Part shown: piece by piece, positions 30,708-38,957 of the stretch
Layout: the number at the start of each line of letters is the position of its first letter
Position numbering within the stretch: position 1 is the first letter of the stretch
Origin: Actinomycetota bacterium
Lineage (GTDB): Bacteria > Actinomycetota > Coriobacteriia > Anaerosomatales > JAUXNU01
Assembly (NCBI GenBank): GCA_030682655.1
Contig: JAUXNU010000151.1
Span: forward strand, 22,196 to 86,195
Direction: 5' to 3'
DNA length: 64,000 nucleotides
The notes under the pieces: model-generated
Seen by the model: the letters and a program-made list of their open reading frames with translations, nothing else
The model's database searches: none
What the model was told of the DNA's origin: nothing
Translations under genes and position numbers: made by a program

Positions 30708-33700
30708 TCACTTTTCGACGATTTCTTCGGGTTCGGACGCGACGCATTCCATCGCAAGAACCTGCTGGTAGAGGCGCGTGGTCTCCGAGGAAGGGTCGAT
30801 GCCCAGGTCATCGACCAACCGGCTGCGACATGCGAAGTACGTGTCGATGGCTGCGCTTCGCTGCCCGGTCGCGATCTGACAACGCAGTGCCGCCTGGTAG
30901 ATATCCTCGCGCCATGAGTCGTACCGGAGTCCCCGTCGCAGAAGGCCCAGTGCCTGCGCCGGCTCTCCTCCGGCTTCGTGCAGGCGCGCTCCGGCGAGCA
31001 TCGCGTCTCCGAACTCGTGCCGATAGCGATCGCGAAACTCGCTGAACCAGTCCTCGTAGAGATCTCCGGGGAGAAGGTCTCCTCGGTATATCTCGGAGAT
31101 GCGCTCGTACGCGGCGAGGGCCTTGGTCGCATCTCCCGCCCGCCCAGCCGCAGCTGCCGCAGCGCGCAGCGCCTCGAACTCCGCAACGTCGCTTTCCACG
31201 AGCTCTCCTACGACGCGACACACGCCCCCAACGCTTTGGACGTACGGACACGGATCGTTCTTGCCAGCGCCTGGCGTCAGGGTGCCCTTCATCGCGCTCC
31301 ACACGACGTACAGGTTGTTGCGCGAGCGCGTCGCATCCATTTCCGGCCAAAGATGGTCGTGGACCTGGTCACGCGGAACGTCACGCCCCTGCTGCAGAAC
31401 TAGCATCGCGAACAGCAGTCGCGCCTTGCGCTTCTTCCACTCACGCTCGCCAACGACGCGCTCCCCGATCGACACATCGAAGCCGCCGAACATCTTCACG
31501 CTGCAGCGCGGAAGCGCATCTCGCTCCAGGAATCTGGCCAGCTCCTTCTCGCCAAGGATGCGAACCGCGAGCCGCGCCCACCGCCCGGAGTCCATGATCT
31601 CGCGCGCGGCGCGGAGTGCGCCTTCGGCATCCCTCGGCAAGACCATGCGAAGCAGATGAGCGGGCAGTAGGTCAGGGTCGATCGCGTTCGCGAACACGCC
31701 AAGGAGAGACGGGAACGCGCGGATGTACATCGCTATCTGCCAGTTCGAGCTCTCGGTGAGGATGTAGTCCTCGTGCACAAGAATGCGAGCGACGGCTTCG
31801 GTCACGCGACCCTCGCGACAGGCGACTTCCGCCAGGATCATGTCGGCGCGGAGCACGTGGTAGGCTGCATCGGCGGCAGAGGCTGTCGCTCGCTCCTGCT
31901 TTGCCAGAGTGGCTGCACCGAGCTTGTCTCCCATCGCAAGGCGGCTCGCAGCCATCTCCAGTTTCGCGAGTGACTCGTGCACCAAGAACCCGCCGGCTGA
32001 GAAGGCTTCCGCTGCAATCTCCGCATCAGAGAATGCGGCTTCCGCGTCACCCAGCGCACGGCTCATGGTTGAGCAGTACAGTTGGTTGTAGGCCGCAGCA
32101 TGAGTGTCATCAAGCTCGAGACTTCGCACAATCGACTCCCTCATGAGCGAAATCCCCTCCGACAGCTCACCCAAGGCGAAGATCGCACCCGCCCTGGCAC
32201 CGTCGAATGCACCCACATACACTTCCAACCCGTGCCCGCGACACATCTCAAGTGCTCGTTCAGCGTGTTGGACAGATCGCACGAGTCTGCCCGCTTCGCA
32301 CAGACACACGCCTAGATTGCCCGTCGCTAGAACACGCGTCGAAAGCGGTGCTGCGCGTGCCCTCGCCACCTCCGCCATGAGTCTCCCCGCTGCTGAGAAG
32401 TGACCATCAAGCAGGGCGGTCTTGTTCGCCGCATGCAGATGGACCTTGCACCTGAGACCCTCGTCCATCGTTTCGCTGGCGATTCCATCCGCCTTGGCGA
32501 GGTGTTCCGACGCCGCAAGTCCATCTCCAAGGTAGGTCGAGGCAAGAGCGGCAGTCAGATGAACCCTGGCCTCCCGACGCGGGTCAAAGGAGCCGTCCTG
32601 TGAGTTCGACAATCCCAGCAACTCAGCTAGGGTCCTTCGCGCGGCATCGAATCGTCCCATGTCCATGTCGGCACGCGCAATCACGTCCAGAGCATCAACC
32701 GTGGTCGCGACGTCACCCATCGAATCCGCAAGCGCCCTGGCGACGACAGCCTTGCTCCGCGCCTCGTCAATCATGTTGGTCTCTCTCAGAAGTGCGGCTT
32801 CCAGGACCAGTAGGGCGGGTCGCTGCACCAGCACTCCCGGTGGGAGGGCATCAAGCAGCTCACGAAGCAGTTGGTGATGTCCGGAGGAGAGCAACCGCTC
32901 ACCGAAGCTTGCCAGCCAGTCCGCCGCACGCTCGCAATCACTTGATTGCAGAACCAGTCGTCCAGCGCGCTCGGAGTCACCTCGCGCTGTCAGGATTTCT
33001 AGAGCGCTTGACCACACCCGGGCGGCTTCTGCACCCAGACGTTCGACGCACTGGTCACCGGCAAGAATCGATCGGGCGATGTCATGCACGACGAACCGAT
33101 GACCGACGGGGTCAGCTGCTGCTGTCCCCCCCACGCACACGAGGGGCAGACAGCTCCCAATGTTGCGAAGGTTCGGCAGCTCGCGTCTTCCCAGAACACA
33201 TCGCAACTCCTGCGATGAACCGTCACGCAGAAGCGCCATCGCGTACAGGCACAGCTGGGATTCGTCATCCAGTTGACTGCAGACCAAATGCATCACAAGA
33301 CTACTGAGGCCGCGGATGGAGCCGCATTCATCAAGTTCGGAAGTACCCCGGAGGATCGCATGACGGAGAACCAGGCCGAAAAGTGCGACCTGCCCTGCTG
33401 TAGCCTCCCACACCTGATGCACGAACGACGGATCGTGGGCATCAAGCCCAAGAATACCTGCGAAGGTCAACGCCTCTTCCAGACTCAACCGTAGGTCCTC
33501 AGCCTGCAAAAGCATCGCCCGGTGCAATACGCCATGTATGTCATCAGGAACTTGCCGACACGTGATTATGATCGATAACGCATGCGACGCATGCGTTGCC
33601 GCCATTTCCGGCAGGGCCAGAAGCCCCTCGGATAGCTCAATTGCCGCGAGGTCATCGATGACAACACAGAGACCGGAATCGCACCTGCGCACCGCACGTA

Positions 33701-34025
33701 CGATTCGCTCCCGATAGTCACACGCAAGCTCATTCGGATCGATATCATCCGTGCAATCCGCCAGTCCACCACTATCCAGGGCCCGTAGAAGCAATCGTAG
33801 GATGCCGGACTCGGTGACGCGCTCTCCGTGCATGTCGAGCCAAAGTGGACACCCGAACTCACCCGACGATGCAATCTGCGCCGCCAGCACACTCTTCCCA
33901 TATCCCCCCGGCGCTTCTAGGATCAGAACGCGGGGACGAGTGCACTCGATCGATCGAGCGAGCCTCCTGCGTGTGAGAATGTGGCCGAAATCAGGTACTC
34001 CTGCGTGCTTGAGCCGCTCGCGCAT
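30708..34025 (-). CDS. MalT/STAND-like ATPase-TPR transcriptional regulator with C-terminal wHTH and BTAD domains
   Basis: Walker A 'APGGYGKS'; long helical region; 'FGGFDV...KARLLFAML...DHLWPE'; BTAD 'YRGDLLPGD...WREDIYQ'. ATG 34025 with RBS GGAGG. Confidence 0.88.
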   Translation of the reverse strand: MRERLKHAGVPDFGHILTRRRLARSIECTRPRVLILEAPGGYGKSVLAAQIASSGEFGCPLWLDMHGERVTESGILRLLLRALDSGGLADCTDDIDPNELACDYRERIVRAVRRCDSGLCVVIDDLAAIELSEGLLALPEMAATHASHALSIIITCRQVPDDIHGVLHRAMLLQAEDLRLSLEEALTFAGILGLDAHDPSFVHQVWEATAGQVALFGLVLRHAILRGTSELDECGSIRGLSSLVMHLVCSQLDDESQLCLYAMALLRDGSSQELRCVLGRRELPNLRNIGSCLPLVCVGGTAAADPVGHRFVVHDIARSILAGDQCVERLGAEAARVWSSALEILTARGDSERAGRLVLQSSDCERAADWLASFGERLLSSGHHQLLRELLDALPPGVLVQRPALLVLEAALLRETNMIDEARSKAVVARALADSMGDVATTVDALDVIARADMDMGRFDAARRTLAELLGLSNSQDGSFDPRREARVHLTAALASTYLGDGLAASEHLAKADGIASETMDEGLRCKVHLHAANKTALLDGHFSAAGRLMAEVARARAAPLSTRVLATGNLGVCLCEAGRLVRSVQHAERALEMCRGHGLEVYVGAFDGARAGAIFALGELSEGISLMRESIVRSLELDDTHAAAYNQLYCSTMSRALGDAEAAFSDAEIAAEAFSAGGFLVHESLAKLEMAASRLAMGDKLGAATLAKQERATASAADAAYHVLRADMILAEVACREGRVTEAVARILVHEDYILTESSNWQIAMYIRAFPSLLGVFANAIDPDLLPAHLLRMVLPRDAEGALRAAREIMDSGRWARLAVRILGEKELARFLERDALPRCSVKMFGGFDVSIGERVVGEREWKKRKARLLFAMLVLQQGRDVPRDQVHDHLWPEMDATRSRNNLYVVWSAMKGTLTPGAGKNDPCPYVQSVGGVCRVVGELVESDVAEFEALRAAAAAAGRAGDATKALAAYERISEIYRGDLLPGDLYEDWFSEFRDRYRHEFGDAMLAGARLHEAGGEPAQALGLLRRGLRYDSWREDIYQAALRCQIATGQRSAAIDTYFACRSRLVDDLGIDPSSETTRLYQQVLAMECVASEPEEIVEK

Positions 34026-34063
34026 GTGCCCTCCACCCTGGGAGTCACCTGAGGGGTAAAGGG

Positions 34064-34072
34064 ATTCTAGCA
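34064..34072 (-). promoter_or_regulatory. Extended -10 promoter (TGCTAGAAT) of the BTAD regulator
   Basis: Identical 9-mer to the secA promoter, 39 nt upstream of the ATG. Confidence 0.55.
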
Positions 34073-34110
34073 CTTCGGCGCCCAGTCAGGTAGACAGAGG
34101 CTCCCGCGCC

Positions 34111-34659
34111 CTACGGGTGCTCGGCAACCTTCATCATGTCGTACGCCACGAGCATCGCCCCGATGGCGAGAACGCAGTCCCCGATACTCACAAGCCCACG
34201 CCTGGTACGGCCTAGCGGCACAGGAATCCGATCTCCGAGAAACGCCAGATTCGTCTTCTCGTCGGCCTCCACGTGGATAGGCGACTCGTCGAGTCTAGCC
34301 CGTGCAGTCGTAACCCGGCTGTCCACGATTCTCGAGAGGTCAACCGGCATGCCGCCGTTTGCGGACACGACGACAATGTTCAGAACCAACCCGCAGGCCG
34401 CGAGCAGCATCCAACAGCGATCGGAATTCGCAATCGCAAGCAACAGCAGGCTTGTGGTCATGAGCACCCAGAGCGCCGTGATTGCACCGTCACCAATGCC
34501 CATGAAACGCCCGAGTACTGGGACGGCGCCTTGAATGACCATCACAAGGACTACCACTCGCTCGCCCTTAAGAGTGTGCGTCGCGAGTCCACCGATGCTC
34601 CGGTACCTGACCAGTCCCGTTCCGACGCCAACAAGGATTCCCAGAAGGAGCAGTTCCAC
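34111..34659 (-). CDS. DUF5317-family membrane protein (candidate LspA-like aspartic peptidase)
   Basis: 'GLVLNIVVVSANGGMPV', 'LAFLGDRIP', 'VSIGD' motifs; several TMs. Confidence 0.85.
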   Translation of the reverse strand: MELLLLGILVGVGTGLVRYRSIGGLATHTLKGERVVVLVMVIQGAVPVLGRFMGIGDGAITALWVLMTTSLLLLAIANSDRCWMLLAACGLVLNIVVVSANGGMPVDLSRIVDSRVTTARARLDESPIHVEADEKTNLAFLGDRIPVPLGRTRRGLVSIGDCVLAIGAMLVAYDMMKVAEHP

Positions 34660-34663
34660 GAGC

Positions 34664-35842
34664 TCAGTCCAGTTCCGCAGACAGGACTCGCTCAAGTGCC
34701 CCAACGACGCGCGGGTCGTACTTCTCGGCCGAGCCTGCGCGAATCACCCCAAGCACATCCGCAGCGCGTGCCTGTGGGGCGCTGTATCCTCCAGCGAACT
34801 CATCGAAGTCGGACGCGACACGAATCACCTGGGAGAGCAGTCTGTCAACACCGGTCGACTGCATCACCTCGAAGTCAGCGTGGTGATTCGCAAGGACAGG
34901 CCCCAGGTCTGCCAGGAACTCAACACCCTCCACAATTCTGGCACCCGTCTCCCAATGGCAGTCATGCGCACCGGCGCTGTCCTGAATCTTCCCGATGTCA
35001 TGCAGCAAGGCGGCGAATCCGAGTCTCTGAAGGTGCTTCGGGCGCAGGCCTAGACGCCTGCCCATGGCAGTCGCAAGCTCCGCCACTCTCTCCGCATGAC
35101 CACTGAACTCAATCTTCTCAAACTCAGCAAGCCTGGCCAGAACGCCGACTGTCTGCGTGTACGCGGTTCGAATCCGCAGCAGCAGGGCGAACGCGTGCTT
35201 CATTACCATCATCAGAGTGACGAGCACCGCCACGCCCGCCACGTTCATGGTTGGGTAGACGATAGCGAGAACAATTCCAACCGAGACCTGCCCCAAGTAC
35301 ATTGCGCCAACTAGCCGCACGAGAGACTTGACGGACGACCAGACAGCCTCACCCTCACCGAAAGCCCAAAGTGCTGCATAGGATGCAAGATCGGCCAGAA
35401 CGTAAGCAGCGGCCAGGACTAGGGCGACTAGCATCGTAGGCACACTCGGTTCAAGTAGCCGCTGGGGAAACCCGAGTCCCTCTGCGGCGTAGCCGAAGCC
35501 CAAGACAAGGAGAGGAATCCTCGAGAAGTCTAGAAGCATCAAGCCGGATTGTCTCTCTAGGGCCATTCCCAGCAGGAATGAGAGGATTGCACCTCCGCCC
35601 GCTGCGGCGACACCAGCAGGCATGCCCAGCAGAAGAACGGAGGCTACAGCAATACCACAACCTGCCTGGAGGACACCTCCTCGCGACAAGCGAAGCGGCA
35701 GCGCGCTGACCAGTGCGTACGACAAAGCGAAGAGACCAATCTCGGGCAAGTCCGCGAGCCTGATGCCAGCCTTGGCGGCAACGGCCACGGCACCAACACC
35801 GAGAACCAGAAAGGCTGTTGCGATCAGGGCACGTCGGGTCAT
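34664..35842 (-). CDS. Membrane-bound HD-GYP protein, degenerate
   Basis: Multi-TM N-terminus; 'GHAERV', 'LLHDIGK' kept, but HHE is HHA, the GYP loop is absent and VAD is VAS. ATGA overlap with the upstream gene. Confidence 0.85.
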   Translation of the reverse strand: MTRRALIATAFLVLGVGAVAVAAKAGIRLADLPEIGLFALSYALVSALPLRLSRGGVLQAGCGIAVASVLLLGMPAGVAAAGGGAILSFLLGMALERQSGLMLLDFSRIPLLVLGFGYAAEGLGFPQRLLEPSVPTMLVALVLAAAYVLADLASYAALWAFGEGEAVWSSVKSLVRLVGAMYLGQVSVGIVLAIVYPTMNVAGVAVLVTLMMVMKHAFALLLRIRTAYTQTVGVLARLAEFEKIEFSGHAERVAELATAMGRRLGLRPKHLQRLGFAALLHDIGKIQDSAGAHDCHWETGARIVEGVEFLADLGPVLANHHADFEVMQSTGVDRLLSQVIRVASDFDEFAGGYSAPQARAADVLGVIRAGSAEKYDPRVVGALERVLSAELD

Positions 35843-37137
35843 GTGCGAGCCTCCCATCGGATATCCCCGCGAAGTACGCGCGCCAGGACATCAGCGTCGA
35901 CTCTGACCAGGAGCGCCTCGACAACAGACTGGTCGAGGGTGTCACCGGCCGCCCGGCGGACTACATCAGCTGCCTCTGAGAACGGAAGTGCCCGCCGATA
36001 GGCTCTGTCCGACGTAATGGCGTCGAACGTGTCGGCCACGGCGAGCACCTTCGCACCCTCAGGGAGCCCACTACCAACAAGTCCGAGCGGATATCCGCTA
36101 CCATCCATTCGCTCATGGTGCGCGGCGATGAGGGGAACAACCTCCGCCAGGAAGTCGATGCCTTCAAGCACCTGGGCGCCACTGAGGGGATGGAGCTTCA
36201 CCTCTCCATACTCCTCCGAAGTTAGAGCCGCTGGCTTGGTAAGCGTAGCGACGCTGACGCCGACCTTGCCGATGTCGTGCAAGAGCGCAGCGAGTTCGAT
36301 AGTCTGCACCGACTCGGGACCTAGCGAGAGCCCGTCTGCAATCTGCCTTGCATAGAAGGCGACGCGCTCTGAATGTCCGCGAGTGTACGGATCCTTCGCC
36401 TCAAGAACAGCGATGAGCGAGCGCAGTGTGTCACGGTAGGACTCCGACAAGTGCCTGTACACCTGGAAGGTCTGCCTCGAAACAGCAAAGGGAACGACCA
36501 CGAGGAGTGCTCCCGGGAGCCCAGCCAGCAGAAGCAATTGGGCCAACACAATACCCAGGAGCGCGAGAACGACGAGACTGACTGAATACGACGAGAAGCT
36601 CTGCCGCCAGACTTCACGAAACGGTACGTCCGCCGACAGCGAAATCGCGCCCGCCACGAGTAGCATGTTGGTGAGAGCCTGAACAGCAGCCGCAGCAAGA
36701 GCGGCCACGAGGATTTGGAGCGACAGCGCCGGAGTCGGCTGCAAGAGCAGTGGCGCCACCCCGAACGCACTCAGAGTCAAGCCCGCCACCACGCCCGACA
36801 GTGCAAGTTGGCTAACGTTGAAGAGCATGCGCAGTGGCGGCTTACGCGCCACGATGTCCTGAGGCGGAATGGCGGAGCAGACGCAAACTATTGCCCCCAT
36901 GAGTGGTCCGCCCAGCAACACCGCAGCGAACTCGATGGCAAAGGCCAGGGAGACCGACCCGCCAAACGGGATACGGAACGCGAAACACTCCGCCAGGAAA
37001 CTCAGTGCCCCGAGAAAGAGCGTCAGCCGCCAGTCAGGGACTGCGCCGTCGCGTGCAACAGCAGCGACCGCAACGGTTGCGACCATGGAAACCAGCACAG
37101 TGTAAGAGAGTACTCTGTTCTTCAACGGCGCACTCAT
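35839..37137 (-). CDS. Membrane-bound HD-GYP c-di-GMP phosphodiesterase
   Basis: Multi-TM N-terminus; 'EAKDPYTRGHSERV', 'LHDIGK', 'HHERMDGSGYP', 'AVADTFDAITSDRAYR'. Confidence 0.93.
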   Translation of the reverse strand: MSAPLKNRVLSYTVLVSMVATVAVAAVARDGAVPDWRLTLFLGALSFLAECFAFRIPFGGSVSLAFAIEFAAVLLGGPLMGAIVCVCSAIPPQDIVARKPPLRMLFNVSQLALSGVVAGLTLSAFGVAPLLLQPTPALSLQILVAALAAAAVQALTNMLLVAGAISLSADVPFREVWRQSFSSYSVSLVVLALLGIVLAQLLLLAGLPGALLVVVPFAVSRQTFQVYRHLSESYRDTLRSLIAVLEAKDPYTRGHSERVAFYARQIADGLSLGPESVQTIELAALLHDIGKVGVSVATLTKPAALTSEEYGEVKLHPLSGAQVLEGIDFLAEVVPLIAAHHERMDGSGYPLGLVGSGLPEGAKVLAVADTFDAITSDRAYRRALPFSEAADVVRRAAGDTLDQSVVEALLVRVDADVLARVLRGDIRWEART

Positions 37138-37151
37138 CACAGGAAGTTCGG

Positions 37152-37379
37152 TGGGCCGACGCCGTGTAAACAGGGACGAGCTACCAACGGAAAGACGCGC
37201 CGCCACCAAGAACAAGAGCGGCCAGAGAGCTGAGAATAACGATCATACGCTTCATGTTGAGAAGACCCCCTCTCGGGATTCACGGTCTTCTCCCATTCCG
37301 CTAGTGATGGAAGAACCCTGTCCGCTCCGCTCATTTCAGTGCTGACAGTGTTCAAACCGATTACCACGGCGTCGGCCCA
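37152..37379. repeat. Perfect 15-bp inverted repeat enclosing the peptide gene (arms 37152-37166 and 37365-37379)
   Basis: TGGGCCGACGCCGTG at 37152 and its exact reverse complement CACGGCGTCGGCCCA at 37365. Confidence 0.9.
37181..37255 (-). CDS. 24-aa signal-peptide-like peptide MKRMIVILSSLAALVLGGGASFRW (putative pheromone precursor)
   Basis: ATG with upstream GAGAGGGGG; TAG at 37181-37183; KR, hydrophobic core, GGGASFRW tail; lies inside the operon; absent from the ORF track. Confidence 0.85.
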   Translation of the reverse strand: MKRMIVILSSLAALVLGGGASFRW

Positions 37380-37386
37380 AACTGGG

Positions 37387-38067
37387 CTATGAGGTTGTCA
37401 AGAAGCCAAGACGCCTGTTTATTGCATCAAGCGTGGCCCGGACAATTGAGTCGTTTTCATTTTGCCGGACGAGCGCGGATCCCGCGTACGACTGCTCTCC
37501 CAATGGAGAGACAAGCGTAACGCAAGACACAGCAACATGCTCGCGTCCGAGTTGTGTGATGGTTACGTCCTCCAGCGCGAAACTGTGCGCGCCATGAATA
37601 TACTGCTCGACCGCGCTGAGGGTCGCAAGCGCCACAAGGCGCTGCCTGCCCGTCCGGCTTGCCGGACCGGCGACATCCCCGACGTAGTGATCGCCTTCGA
37701 TCTCCAGTGTCACGGACACCGTCGCGTGAACACCGGTGACGGTGGCGTTGATGGTCACGATGCGCGCGCGAGCCTCGACCCCTGCGCTCGGTTCAGGCGC
37801 GAGAGAGTCCTGACCGAGCTGCGCGATCGAGATCTTCTTGTGATCGATGGGGATGCCGAATCGCGCCATGATCGTGGATTCGATGTCGCGCACGAGTTGC
37901 TTCGGCGACTTGGTCGGAAGCGCCAGGATGTGGACTTCCTGGATATTCCCCTCAGGAGAGGCCACAACGCGCGCAGCCTTGATCTCGGCGACTTGCCCGA
38001 GAAGCTTTTCGATTTCCTCGATGGAGACGTGCGACAATGCCTGGTCCACAAGTGCTCCCTGCTTCAT
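37387..38067 (-). CDS. Conserved hypothetical protein with a LeuA-regulatory-domain-like C-terminus
   Basis: Two beta-beta-beta-alpha-like repeats ending 'VALATLSAV' and 'DSIVRATLDAINRRL'. Confidence 0.8.
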   Translation of the reverse strand: MKQGALVDQALSHVSIEEIEKLLGQVAEIKAARVVASPEGNIQEVHILALPTKSPKQLVRDIESTIMARFGIPIDHKKISIAQLGQDSLAPEPSAGVEARARIVTINATVTGVHATVSVTLEIEGDHYVGDVAGPASRTGRQRLVALATLSAVEQYIHGAHSFALEDVTITQLGREHVAVSCVTLVSPLGEQSYAGSALVRQNENDSIVRATLDAINRRLGFLTTS

Positions 38068-38133
38068 GTACTACTACTCTAGCTGTCTCCATTCAGTCTG
38101 CGCATAGCCCCGAGGGCGCATTCTCTTCGCCCC

Positions 38134-38163
38134 ACTGTATTCGGGCGACAAAGGGAAAGTCAA
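38134..38163 (-). promoter_or_regulatory. SigA-type promoter of the peptide/HD-GYP operon
   Basis: TTGACT-N18-TACAGT just downstream of the hpf terminator. Confidence 0.55.
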
Positions 38164-38210
38164 CCGAAACGACAGCCTCGCGCGGTCACATTCCTTAAGC
38201 TCACGGCACC

Positions 38211-38243
38211 AAAAAGGGCGGGACGCCGACTGGCACCCCGCCC
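38211..38243 (-). terminator. Intrinsic terminator after hpf
   Basis: GGGCGGG...CCCGCCC stem followed by TTTTT on the minus strand. Confidence 0.8.
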
Positions 38244-38259
38244 CTGACAAACGCTCCTG

Positions 38260-38814
38260 CTATCTCAGCTGAGGCTCGATCAAGCCGTAGTCCCCATCGT
38301 TGCGTCGGTACAGAACGCTGACCGTCTCCGTTTCGGCCGACGTGAACACGAAGAAATCATGGCCAAGGAGCTCCAGTTGCAGGATCGCCTCCTCGGGGGT
38401 CATGGGCTTGAGCTCGAGGGATTTCGTCTTCACGATGGCTGGCTCCTCGGCCTCCGGCTCGCCGATGTCCGGCGCGGGCACCGGCGGTATGGCGGCCTTG
38501 GGAGAGTGACGATCGGCCATCTTTCCCTTGTACTTGCGGAACTGCGTCTCAAGCTTCTCGGAGACAAGATCAATGGCGGCGTACATGTCCATTGACGCTT
38601 CCTTGGCGCGGATGACCGGCCCGCGCGTGATCCACACAGTGACCTCGGCGATCTGGTTCTTCTCGATCGAAGGGTTCTTCTCGTGGTAGATCTCAACCTC
38701 GACCGTCATCGTGTCCTGGTCGAGGATCTTGCCCAAGCGGCCGATCTTCTCCTCGGCATAGTCGTGAATCGGCTGGGTGACCGCCATATGGCGTCCCTTC
38801 ACGATCATCTTCAT
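38260..38814 (-). CDS. hpf: Long ribosome hibernation promoting factor (HPF/RaiA)
   Basis: 'DMYAAIDLVSEKLETQFRKYK'; C-terminal 'KPMTPEEAILQLELLGHDFFVF...YRRNDGDYGLI'. Confidence 0.97.
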   Translation of the reverse strand: MKMIVKGRHMAVTQPIHDYAEEKIGRLGKILDQDTMTVEVEIYHEKNPSIEKNQIAEVTVWITRGPVIRAKEASMDMYAAIDLVSEKLETQFRKYKGKMADRHSPKAAIPPVPAPDIGEPEAEEPAIVKTKSLELKPMTPEEAILQLELLGHDFFVFTSAETETVSVLYRRNDGDYGLIEPQLR

Positions 38815-38957
38815 GTGAGCCCTCCTTGGTTACCGGTCCTGACAAAGAAGATACCCATGCCCCGACGCTATGGAGCACGCGCGTTCGACAAGCGGATGCA
38901 CACGAGCGTGCGCGGGAAAGGTTAGTTGAATCCGCCGGAGATGGCCAGCACACCAGC

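Noticed and set aside
37152-37379. Inverted repeat as an invertible DNA switch
   Set aside because: No recombinase in the window and no promoter evident inside; nested helices favour an RNA-level role. Read data could still test inversion.
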